A stretch of 21,005 bases of DNA from Chlorokybus atmophyticus. Its lineage: Eukaryota; Plantae; Mesostigma and Chlorokybus algae. The stretch is from assembly GCA_009103225.1 (NCBI GenBank), contig RHPI01002738.1, positions 19,416 to 40,420 on the forward strand, in the 5' to 3' direction. Position numbers and translations under genes: made by a program. This document shows positions 9,974-20,292 of the stretch, one piece after another. The notes beneath the pieces were generated by a model, which was not told the DNA's origin, made no database searches, and was given only the letters and a program-made list of their open reading frames with translations. The first letter of the stretch is position 1. Each line of letters opens with the position of its first letter.

Positions 9974-10294
9974 TGTAACGGAGTGCTACCTCTATAGAGG
10001 TTCCCGGCCCTTACTTAGATCAAATAAGGGTCCCAACTGGTATATACAGCCAATCAAGCCGGATTAGGGCCGTTGAGAACTTAGTGTTAAGGCCCTAATG
10101 TAATGTAACTTATCTGTAACACTGATATCGACATGAGACATGAGTCTCATGTGGATATCAGCTGTATGACGGCACTGCTAACGCAGCCGCCGCCATAGCC
10201 AGGGAATCTTTAGCTGCGGCAGTTGCCCCTGACGGCGGTGAGGACGGCGCAGCTGGGGGTGGTGTTGGGGCAGGTAGCACCCCCTTCCCTTACA
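9974..10294 (+). repeat. 3' LTR of element A (321 bp, TG...CA)
   Basis: Begins TGTAACGG after the PPT and ends CTTACA. It aligns end to end with 14939-14603 (-), and homology stops exactly at the CA in both copies. Confidence 0.85.
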
Positions 10295-11804
10295 TGTTCG
10301 CACAAAAATGGAGCCGGACATTATGACTGCTGCAAGTGAATTTGCATATTCGCTTGTACTTGTGCATCAGATGGATTAAACAGCAGCTAGATCTTTAAAG
10401 TGGCCGACGATAACTTGAATACTTAAAGATTAAATTCGATAATTAGTCATCGAATTCAAAGTTGATCTTCGAGGGCTTGGCCTGTAGAGGGCCTCACCAT
10501 GCGGCCCTGATGGTTTTAAAACAAAAGGGATTGTACATCAACCGCATCTCTAAATCTGACATGTGATGGTCAGCTAAAGGGGACCCACGTCAAACACGTA
10601 AACATCACACACGACAAAGTTAATACAACGTCAGAGTATAAATTATTAATTATGTTAGATATCTCGGCACATTGGTCATGCAGGGTGTAGAGGAGCTGTC
10701 TTCCTCTACCACGTATGCCATAAGCAGACAATACCCAACCCTTGTCATTGAAATGATCAGTATCAAAACTTGCACGCAGCCCCATAGTCGGCGTCGTGGA
10801 AGATGTGCCGTTAACGTTTTTCGAGCATAAGCTGACAGTGATAAGTGCGTTGAGCCAGGCCAGCTTAAGCCGAATGTTGCACTATTCGATTATTACCAGC
10901 GATGATAAATGCGTTTAACATCAGGATGGGAGCTAAATGTACTTAAGAAGTACATTCAACCCCTATTTTAGGCGCGTTATTGCGGGCGATTGAAACCGAA
11001 ATGAATTACGCCGCTTTTGGGTAGATGTGGTTAAATAACAGGGAAAACAAAGGATGCGGTTAAATAGTCAGTGATTAAACTATATTAATCATTGCTTGCG
11101 CCACGCTGCGGTAGGAAACGTGCGCCAGTCGGCCTCCAAAACTTGTGAGTTCCGCCAATTTCGCGGGCAAACCGCGCGTGAGACTCACAACTTTTAGGGC
11201 TAGAATCTACCGGCGAAATGCACACACAAAACTAGCTACATGCAAAATTCATATATTTAAGCACAAGTAACCAAACTTCACGAAAGTTATTTACCGGCGT
11301 GCTTTCCAAATTGGCTACAGCATAACATAAAGAATGCCCCGTAGTGCGACTTGGTTATGAAGATATTTCACGGCCCCAAAAAGTCGATTTTCGGCATTAG
11401 AATAAGTACAAGTACTTTTTTAGTACAGTTACCATCCTACCTTTAAGAGGGGACCTTATTAAGGTTTAAGACTTTCACATACAAATCAGAGCATAAATGT
11501 ACATCAAATTGAACTTATTGAAAGTCGGTTAACGGCATAAATGTTAGCGTAAAATGGTCAGTAACGGCCAAATTTATGCATTACTCACGGATATGCGCTT
11601 CAAGCTAAGTTATAAAATATGATACATATAAGATGTAACAAATAAAAGTCATGGAATATCAACTGTTCAAGCTTATCTCGTAAAATGGCAATGGCAATGG
11701 CAATTGGCAAATACTTCACGGTGAGTTGCTTGCATTGGCGTTTACAATTGGGTGTGGCTGCACTACTTGCTTTATCAATTTGCTGTTGCAAGACGCTGGC
11801 ATGA

Positions 11805-12192
11805 TGTTGAGATGAGTCGAATCTTTCTATGGATGAGACTCGCAGTCTTAAGAAGTTTGCCTCTATTATCCATGCACCGTTTAACGATAATCATTGTAAA
11901 ATATTGAAAGAGTGTGCATGCATGTAGTTACATGCGTGTGCAGCTCCAAGTGCAAAATTGTCGGGTCGAGGAGAGTCGAGGGCCACGCTGTCTTGGACAG
12001 CTGTAGGGAAAGACATGATTGTTAGCCATACTACTGCAACATGCTGTAACGTGTAGCAAGAGCAAAAGATAACCCCGCTCTTATGGCGACAAGTGCTTGG
12101 TGGAACTGCTCCGCTGGTGCTCAATAACACGGACATGTGGAGTCGGTGTCCTCCATAGTGTACATGCTGTGCTGTATGACACACAGTCAACA
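11805..12192 (-). repeat. Putative 3' LTR of element C (388 bp, TGTTGA...TCAACA)
   Basis: Starts TG directly after the purine tract AGGGGGGGTGGCT and has 6-bp terminal inverted repeats TGTTGA/TCAACA. No second copy is present in the window to confirm the left boundary. Confidence 0.5.
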
Positions 12193-12235
12193 AGCCACCC
12201 CCCCTAAGCTTCTGAGGAGGTTCTAGCTCCAGGGC

Positions 12236-14602
12236 TCAGCTGCTATCGCAAGTGGGGGGGGGGCCGTTGGCGCGGCAATCGTCGCACCAATACTCCTCCA
12301 TGGGTATTGCGTCCAATGGGGGCTCCAGACAATAGCAATGCAGGCCCTTGTTACAGCCATCGCAGAGCATCATGAGTGCGTCGTCGTTGGCGCTGCCGCA
12401 GCGTTCACAGCGTGTGCTGCGGGCGGGGCGAGGGTGCTGGATGCGCGCAAAGCCATCTACGTAAGGGAGGTGACATGGCGCGCAGTTCACCATGTTGTCT
12501 TTCAACCTCTCTCCATTTTCACCGAGGAGGTCCAGCACCCCTGTGGGGTACACCTTGAATACCTTGTAGACGGTGCGGCCCACGGAGGTATCGAGCGTGT
12601 CCTTGATGGCTGCCATGCGGTAGGCAAAGTCCCCTGCTTGAAATCGCCATTGGCGCTCCTTGTAGAAGCCGCTGCGCACGCGCTCGTAGCACAGAGTGTC
12701 GCGGTGCTGCGCGACGCGCAGGTTGTTGAAGGCCATAGGGACGGTGCGCTTGAACAGCGCGGCGCGTGTGGTAGTGTCGTGGTGCATCCAGTCGGGATCG
12801 TCGAGGTTGATCACCACACGATCTACTTCCTGCTGTGCACGAAAGGGAAGCAATGGCGGACAACCGAACAGCATGTAGTATGGGTTGTACTTGCGCAGAG
12901 CCGCCTGCTTTGCCAATCGGTATCCATGGGCCACCCACAGAAGGTGGTCGTTCCAGGTGTTCTTCTCATACTCCAGCACGTACTTGCGGAGGGCCTTCCT
13001 AATAGTCTGCACTGTACGCTTGGCGAGACAATTGGCTTGGGGATGGTCACACGAAGTACGGCGATGATTGATGTAGCATCGGTCCAGAAGGGTGCCGAAC
13101 TCCCCTCCGAACTCAATCCCTTGGTCGGTGATAACCTTAGCGCAGCTGCCGAACCTGCTGAGGGCATGGGAAAGGAAGGCTTGAGACACCCCCCTGCTGC
13201 TCTTGTCGGGTAATGGCACCAGCTCCACCCATTTGGAGAAGTGCTCGATTATGACCAGGATGTAACGGTTGCCACGTGCCGAGGGTGCCAAGTCTCCCAA
13301 GATGTCGAGTCCTCAACGATAGAATAGACCGGAGATGGGGAGTGGGTGCGAGGTGGCGCTGCGTGTGTTGAGGCTGGCGCCCATGTCACACTGTTGGCAG
13401 TGACTGACGAACCCCTGCACCTGCTTGGACAACCCAAACCACCAATATTGCACCCTTGTCAGCCTGACGGTATGTTTGACACCGAAGTGTCCAAGCTCAG
13501 TGTGGAGGATAGTGATGATGCCCTCACATGTGGCTGGTGTCGGCACTTTTTTATTTTCATCATGGAAACGGCGATACAGCTTGTCGTCTGCCCACCGATA
13601 GTGGTGGGCGCGTTGATTGACACAATCTCTCTCTCGTGCACTCATGCCGGAGGGAAGCTGGCCACTTTAAACGAAGGAAAGTGATGGCTTGTTCAGCCAT
13701 ATATCCTGCCTGGTGTCGGTGGGTGCCATCTCGGTGTCATTGTCTTCAATGTCAACCGCGTGGGCATCCCTAAGGGTGTGGTCACTGTGGGGCCGGTAAA
13801 CTCAAGGGCAGGAATCTTCTCCGCCGTTGATGTGGCAGTGGTGTTGGTCTTGCGCCCTGAGCGTAATGCGGCAGCAGCAAACATGGCTGCCACGGTAAGA
13901 GCCGCCGCTGCAGGGTTGAGCTCATGCCGAGCTCCGGTTGCATCGTTGGTGCTGACGTGAGGGTTACGACTGAGGCCATCGACGTCTTGGTTGGTAAGGC
14001 CGGCGCGGTGGTCGATCTCAAAGTCATACTCCTGCAACAGCAGGGCCCAGCGAGCAAGTTTTCCTGTCAGATGTTGGTTGATCATCAACCACTTGAGTGG
14101 TTGATAATCGGTGATTAGCTAAAATTGTCGACCAAAGGGGAAAGGTCGGAAGAAGGAGATAGCCCACACTGCAGCGAGGCACTCCCTCTCGTAGCTGCTG
14201 TAGTTGGCCTCGGCGCTGTTGTTGCTTCGGCTGGCGTATGACACCATTTGCTCCTTCTTATTCTCATCGTATTGCACCAGCACAGCCCCCATCCCGAGCT
14301 TGCTCCAGTTGGTGTGGAGGATGAAGAGCTTGGTGTAGTCAGGGCGTTGAAGGATGGGAGCTGTGGTAAGCCTGCTCTTTAGCTCCTAAAAAGCCTGCTG
14401 CTGTGGCTCATTCCACGCAAACTCCACTTCCTTCACCTAGGAGCTCGTTGAGGGGCCGCGCGATCTTTGCAAAATCCTTCACGATCCGGCAATAGTAGTT
14501 GGCAAGGCCCCGGAAGGCGCGCAGGCGCGTAAGGTCCGTTGGAGCAGGGATAGCTGCCAGGGCCTCCACCTTTGCCTGCTGTATGTACACACCAAGGGGC
14601 AC
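12236..14602 (-). pseudogene. pol: pol (partial) of element C: RT C-terminus, RNase H, integrase, PHD finger
   Basis: Motifs LRAFRGLANYY, FILHTNWS..GMGAVL, ITDYQPLKWL...KLARWALLLQEYDFEI.HRAG, LHTELGHFG...CQQC, FYR*GLDILG and TDQGIEF. A C4HC3 PHD (CERC...CDGC...HCYC...WCDDC) lies at 12409-12276. There are several in-frame stops and at least two frameshifts. Confidence 0.88.
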
Positions 14603-14939
14603 TGTAAGAGAGGGGTGCCTCCCTCCTCCCTTTCATCCCCTACCCCAACACCACTACCAGCCGCCACGCCCACGCCGCCGCCGCCAGGGGGGACTGCCGA
14701 AGCAGAAGATCCCCTAGCTATGGCGGTCGTTGCGTTAGCAGCGCCGCCATGCGGCTGTTATCGACATGAGACTCATGTCTCATGTCGATATCAGTGTTAC
14801 AGACAAGTAACACTACATTAGGGCCTTAGCATAAGTTAACGGCCCTAATATGGCTTAATAGGCTGTATAATCCCGTTGGGACCCTTATTTAATCCTAAAT
14901 AAGGGTGGGGAACCTCTATGGAGGTAGCACACCGTTACA
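14603..14939 (-). repeat. 3' LTR of element B (337 bp, TG...CA)
   Basis: On the minus strand it begins TGTAACGG at 14939 and ends CTTACA at 14603; homologous to 9974-10294. Confidence 0.87.
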
Positions 14940-14953
14940 TCCCCCCCCACTTT
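14940..14953 (-). promoter_or_regulatory. Polypurine tract of element B
   Basis: AAAGTGGGGGGGGA on the minus strand, directly before the LTR TG. Confidence 0.85.
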
Positions 14954-15088
14954 GGTTTCAATGTCCTCTTTGAAGGGTTAGCAAAGCCCCACCACGAGTA
15001 AAGAAACGAAAGTAGTAAGAGAATCAGGGCCGAAGCGGTAACAATGTCTGCCAGCACCTTTTTACCGTCTGCGTGTGGACACATTACT

Positions 15089-18000
15089 CTAGTACCCCCG
15101 AAGAATTTCCTGGCAGTTGGTAAGATTCCTTTCGGGCTCCCATATTTTGTGCTCAACACCATACCCTTTCCATTTTACCGAGTAAGACGGCGCGCGTCCG
15201 CGTCGAGGCTTACGATGACTCAGGATTGCTTCCACCTCATAGGTATCGTCGCCATCCACTGCAACGGGGGTGGAGGAGGTTGAACCCGACCGTCACAACG
15301 GTACGGTTTCAGTACACTCACATGAAACACATTGTGAATACGTATCGACTTTGGCAAGTCCAAACGATACGCGTGAGTGCCGACCCGATCAATCACTTTA
15401 AACGGGCCTATCCAGCGAGGGAAAAATTTGCGGGTACCCACTCCCTTGATGGATATGTTTTTTGTGCTAAGAAGCACCGAACAGCCCACATCGTAGTTGG
15501 CCTCTCTACGATGCGCATCAGCATGGGCTTTTTGTCTGTCTTGCGCTGCGCGCAAACAGTCCTTTGCCAACGCTAACCTATCCTGCATGGCCGAAGCCAT
15601 CTCGCGCGCTGCAGGTACGCGAATTATATCGGTAGCGGGCAATTTAATGTTTGCAGGACTCAGTGGATGCACTCCATAAATCAAGAAAAACGGAGTTTCC
15701 TGCACACTCTCTTGCCATGCATTGTTAATCGCGAACTCAGCCATTGGGAGATAAACATCCCACTCAGATTGGTTCGGACTCACATAATGCCGGATGATTT
15801 CCTCAATCACTTGATTGGCGCGCTCTGTCTGACCATCCGTTTTTGGATGGTAAGCTGTGCTCATGTTCTGCTCAATATGTAAGAAGCTGCATAGCGACTT
15901 CCAGAATTGAGCTACAAATCGCGCATCGCGATCAGACACGAAGTTACGAGGCAAGCCATGTAACTTAAACACAGAGGCGACAAAAAACATCGCTAATTCA
16001 CGGGAGCCTATTTCCGTGCGGCAAGGGACAATGTGAACCATTTTTGTTAAACGATCCACAAAAACTGCAACCGCAGTGTGCCCTAATGCTGTCTCCGGGA
16101 GCTCAGTAATTAGGTCCATACTCACACTTTCCCACTTGCCATCAAGAACAGGCAAAGGTCGCAGCAACCCAGCGGGTTTCTGACGTAACGGCTTGTCACG
16201 CTGACATTTGTCACACGTGTCAACATAATGCTTCACGTTAACAGGCAACGATGACCACCAGTACAACTGTTGCGCTGCCTTAGTAGTCTTGCGACCGCCA
16301 AAGTGCCCAGCATACGGTGGATCGTGTACTTCAGCTATGCATTTTATGCGCAACCCAGCATGGTCAGGTATCACCAAGTTGGCGCCCACATATTACAAGT
16401 TGTCTCTTTTGTCAAGCTGTTGTACATTCTGTTGTACAGAGAACCATGGGTCTAATGCATACCCCTGTAAAACAGCTTGCACAAACTCATCATCAGGAGG
16501 CAATGAACCCTGCGTTGCAAGCAACTGCGCACGCATCACTGCCAACAATGACGGACAGTGACTCAGAGGATTTGCCACGTTGGTCCTGCCCGGCCGGTAT
16601 ACCCATTCAAAGGTAAATCGCGACAAGAACTCATTCCAGCGACCCTGCCTACGCGACAAGTTTAGCTGTGTTGAGAAGTATACCAACGGGTTGTGATCAG
16701 TCACCACTGTGAACTGAACTCCCTCCAAGTAACATCGCCCTGTTTCAAGAGCATGCACTATACCAAGCAATTCCTGCTCAGTGGTAGTGTAGTTCACCTC
16801 TGCTGAAATAAATTTCCTATTCTCATAAGCACATGGTCGGCCGTCCTGTAGCAATACTGCACCACACCCAAAGGTGGAGGCATCGCTAATCACAGTGAAG
16901 TGTTTATCCCAATTTGGCAATGCCAATACTGGTGCTGAAGTCAAAGCCAGCTTCACTTGTTGCATAGCAGCTTCTTGTGCTGCAATCCAAGAGAATGGGG
17001 CATCCTTTCGCAATAGTTTTGTAAAAGGCACCACAACTGTAGAGTACCCCATTATAAACTTGTGAAAGTAGTTTGCCAACCCCAAGAATGATCGCAATTG
17101 ATGGATATTCTTAGGTTGAGGCCAATCTGTTACCACTTGCACTTTGCGAGGGTCAGGTTTGACACCCGCACCACTCACAATATGCCCTAAGAATGGCAAC
17201 TCTGTCTTGCAAAAGTTACACTTTGACAAGTTGGCAAACAAGCGATGTGTACGCAGCAAGGCGAACACCGCTTCCAAGTGCTGCTTATGCTCTTCCTTGG
17301 TTTTACTAAAGACAATGATGTTATCCAAGTAAATCATAACATACTTGCCAAGTATGCCACCAAAAATCTTATTCATTTCCTTCTGAAACACTGCGGGCGC
17401 ATTAGTCAATCCGAAAGGTAACACTTTGTATTGATAATGGCCCGAAGGTGTTCTGAATGCTGTCTTGTAAACATCAGAAGGATGAATCCGGATTTGATGA
17501 TACCCACTTGTCAAGTCCAACATACTAAAGTACGCATTTCCCGACAGTTTATCAAACACATTATCAATCCGGGGCAACGGGTATCGATTCTGTACCGTGA
17601 TCTTGTTCAAAGCACGGTAATCCACACACATGCGCAGCTTTCCATTCTTTTTCATCACAAACAAGATGGACGCGCCAAAGGGTGAAGAACTCGGTTCAAT
17701 CAATCCCTTTTCCAATAACTCTTTGATTTAAGTTTCCATTTCCCCCCTCTCTCGGGGGCTCAGCCTCTATATAGGCCGAAACGGAGGCTCACTATCAGGA
17801 ATAAGTGGTATTGTGTGTCCGACACCTCGATCAGGAGGTAAGCCTGGCAACTCATCTGAGAACACATTTTGATATTTCTCAATGATGTCTGCAACACCTT
17901 CTGTATTTCCCGGCACAAAGTCTTCCGACGACGTCAAGTGTACCAGAAAAGCCGGTGTGTTTTTGCGCAACGCACGTTTCACTTGCAGTGCAGTGAGTAG

Positions 18001-18822
18001 CGCTGGGTCGGGCTGTTTGCGGTCCAAGCTATGTGACCCTTTCACAGACAATGTTACACGCTTACGACCTTTCTTTACTGTGCACAAGCGTGCCCCAGTA
18101 TCCAATGTCATTTTGTTGTTCTCCTGCCATTCCTGTCCTAATACCATATCAACACCTGATATGTCGATGGGTACCACTATGAAAGTAAGAGTGGCATAAT
18201 AATTACCAATCTTTATTTTCATTTTTATGTTCCCTTTCATTGGCAACGCACCCCCCGCACCGGCAGCTGAAAATGCAGAGGGTTTACACGCTATCTTGTT
18301 GCGCACAACCCATTGTTCCTCAACGAAATTGTGTGTTGCACCAGTGTCAATCCAGAACGAACTATTTACCCCTTGCATTGTGCCACTGAATGTCCACAAC
18401 AGAGGTACTACCCGTCCTTGAAATGTAGCCAAGAGTCCGTGACTAATGCGAGGGTTGAGTAAGTTTGCTGACAATCGCACTGTCCCTGTTTCACGCTTGC
18501 TAAATTGCTTAAACACAGTTCCCCCTCGAGTGTGTTTTAACCATGGGCCATGATATTTAGGCACCATCACTACCACACTTAAGGTTCTGTGCTTACTTTG
18601 CAACTTGGTCAAAGTGTGCAACACATCGGTAAGCATGTTAAACTCCACATGTACCAACACACAAGCATTCTCTTCCACCTTTTCAACATCAAAAAGTGGC
18701 AATTTGTTATGTGCTTGCCATGCATGCGTCATTACATGCACTTGGGACATCTCATCAAACCAGTTTGCCACTAGTACAAGCAACTGGTTATCAACCACTC
18801 CTACATCAGTCACGGCGTACTC
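15089..18822 (-). pseudogene. pol: pol of element B: MTase-like domain, aspartic protease, RT, RNase H, integrase (HHCC, DDE, GPF), chromodomain
   Basis: Motifs WIDTGATHNF, LRMCVDYRALN, LDLTSGYHQ, PFGLTNAP, YLDN (YLDD mutated), SDAS..GCGAVL, TDHNPL, H..GH..CDKC, SMDLIT, SDRD, ERAN, RWIGPFKV and YEVEAIL...KWKGY...WEPERN. The ORF-track pieces form one frame broken by TAG 17769-67, TAA 17730-28 and TAA 16395-93, plus a 1-bp deletion near 15257 (relative to A). Confidence 0.93.
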
Positions 18823-20292
18823 CTATTCAACCTTCTTGGCCTTGCCCTTCCCCTTGGTTGGGCAGTTCTTTGCGATGTGGCCAGGCTGATGATAGATGTA
18901 ACAGGTGCGAGCGGCAGCAGGCATGCTACCACCAGCAGGTACGCCACTGGTAGAAGCACCAAATGTCTTCGCCTTCTTTGCCAGATGTGCACTCGGATGA
19001 GAGAAACGCTCTCCTCCCACCCCCAGCGGCTTGGCCGAAATTGCCACATGTGACTTGTCTTGCACCGTCGTGTCATCATTGTACAGGTACACGCTTAGCT
19101 TCTGCAGCTTGGCCAAGTCCTCTGGAACCCAAGGAAGTCCCGTTGCCGTGTTGTACTGCAGCTGATCACGCACACGCGCATCCAAGCCGCGCTTGTACAA
19201 CTCAAACTGCTCGGCCTTGTCCATGGGCATGAGGCCGCTGTTCGCACGACCCACCAATGCCTGAAACTCCTGCAGATAGGTTGAGGCCGCCCGACCATTC
19301 TGGCGCAACTTGCTGAGCTTGTTGCGAGCCTGAGTAGCCGGGTCCATGCCACCATAGCGTTCCATCAGGAACTGAAAAAGTGCCTCCACTGTCTTGGCAG
19401 CACCACCTTCTGTCTGCCTCGCCCATTTGGCGAGAGCATCGGATGGCATGAGCAACTCAGCAACAGCAATGTGCTCAATAACCGGGCGCTTGAGTGCCGT
19501 CAAGTAGTGCTCGACAATGACCACCCAGTCATGAATGCTGACGCTGCCGTTAGGCTTGAACTTCTCAGGCTTGTTCAGAGCTGTCACCGGCAGACCTGCT
19601 GATGCCCCAGCTGCCGAAGTAGCACCTGCCACCTGTTGGCGCAGCGCCACCAACTCAGCCCGCATGGCATCGAGGGGTGCCGTCAACTGTACTCGGCCAG
19701 TCAACTTGTCTTTCAAGTTAGGTCCCAAGTACAAGAACACATCCTTGCAACGCTGCGAGGTTTCCACTCCCAAGTTGGCCAAAGCCTCGAACGCCATTCA
19801 CTTTCCTTGGTAAGGGAGCGGCTTATCATATACGGCCATGATAGCTGCCACCTTTGGATCACCTCGCACGAGTGGCGCGATGTTGTTCGTCAGCTCATGT
19901 TCGAGCATGCGGATCACCATCTCCTTGCTTGCACGAGGGAGTGTGGCAAAGTCTGTCTCATAGCCATCACGAACCGTCTACGCCCATGCTTCCCACGTTT
20001 CCTAACAAAGCCGAGGGTGGGCAGCAAGCAGAGCTTTACGCTCTTCTGCATACTTCTCAATGGCCCCGCCAATGACACTGCGAGTGTCCACTGCAGCTGG
20101 TGCACTATGATTGTCCACTGGTGCACTCTTAGAAGACTGGTTGGGAGAAGCTTCGCTGTCTTGCTTAGCTCCTTCGTTCTCACTGTCAGTAAGCTTATAG
20201 CTTTCACTCGTATCAAAGTAGTTCACTTCCTCTTCACTCAATGACTCATATGATGTGGACTTCTCCACATCATCCCCTCCTTGGTCAGACAT
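18823..20292 (-). pseudogene. gag: gag of element B (489 codons from ATG 20292; three in-frame stops)
   Basis: One continuous frame from MSDQGG to KAKKVE*, with stops at 20004-02, 19980-78 and 19800-798. It contains the gag domain (KPEKF...W...E.YL...A..W...F..RYGG...A..KL..LRQ) and zinc knuckle CYIYHQPGHIAKNC (second Cys mutated). Confidence 0.88.

Larger units (their letters stand above)
5795..10294 (+). mobile_element. Element A: degenerate Ty3/gypsy chromovirus-type LTR retrotransposon with RT-RNase H deleted and no 5' LTR found
   Basis: Colinear homology to element B from about 5795 through gag, protease (LIDTGATHNF), integrase (WESVSMGFIT) and chromodomain, then a PPT and a TG..CA LTR. 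It carries many stops and frameshifts. Confidence 0.9.
11805..14602 (-). mobile_element. Element C: 3' half of a Ty3/gypsy LTR retrotransposon with a PHD-finger integrase, interrupted in RT by element B
   Basis: RT thumb and RNase H, integrase HHCC and core, a PHD finger, a PPT (12205-12193) and a putative LTR. Its sequence is clearly distinct from A and B. Confidence 0.85.

Noticed and set aside
10295-11804. Gene or TE in the AT-rich spacer (71-aa ORF at 10570-10785; near-inverted AAAACTTGTGAGT/ACTCACAACTTTT around 11140-11195)
   Set aside because: No recognisable protein motif, no terminal repeats or TSD, and no second copy in the window; left unannotated.
12338-13213. 291-aa plus-strand ORF and a 139-aa ORF overlapping element C
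   Set aside because: Shadow ORFs of a GC-rich, codon-biased integrase, with no recognisable motifs.
17767-17769. Programmed stop or frameshift between protease and RT in B (Skipper-like separate pro gene)
   Set aside because: A has TAT (Tyr) and CAA (Gln) at the two stop positions and the frame is continuous, so these are copy-specific mutations.
364-20292. Non-standard genetic code (TAA/TAG = Gln, as in some ulvophyte algae), suggested by many TAR codons at Gln positions and TGA ending two ORFs
   Set aside because: TAG/TAA also occur at Tyr and Trp positions (RPI*RLSP, RGY*), and TGA occurs at Trp positions. The long Gln-rich frames (486-codon transposase exon, 440-aa RT) use only CAA/CAG. 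C-to-T mutation explains the pattern better.
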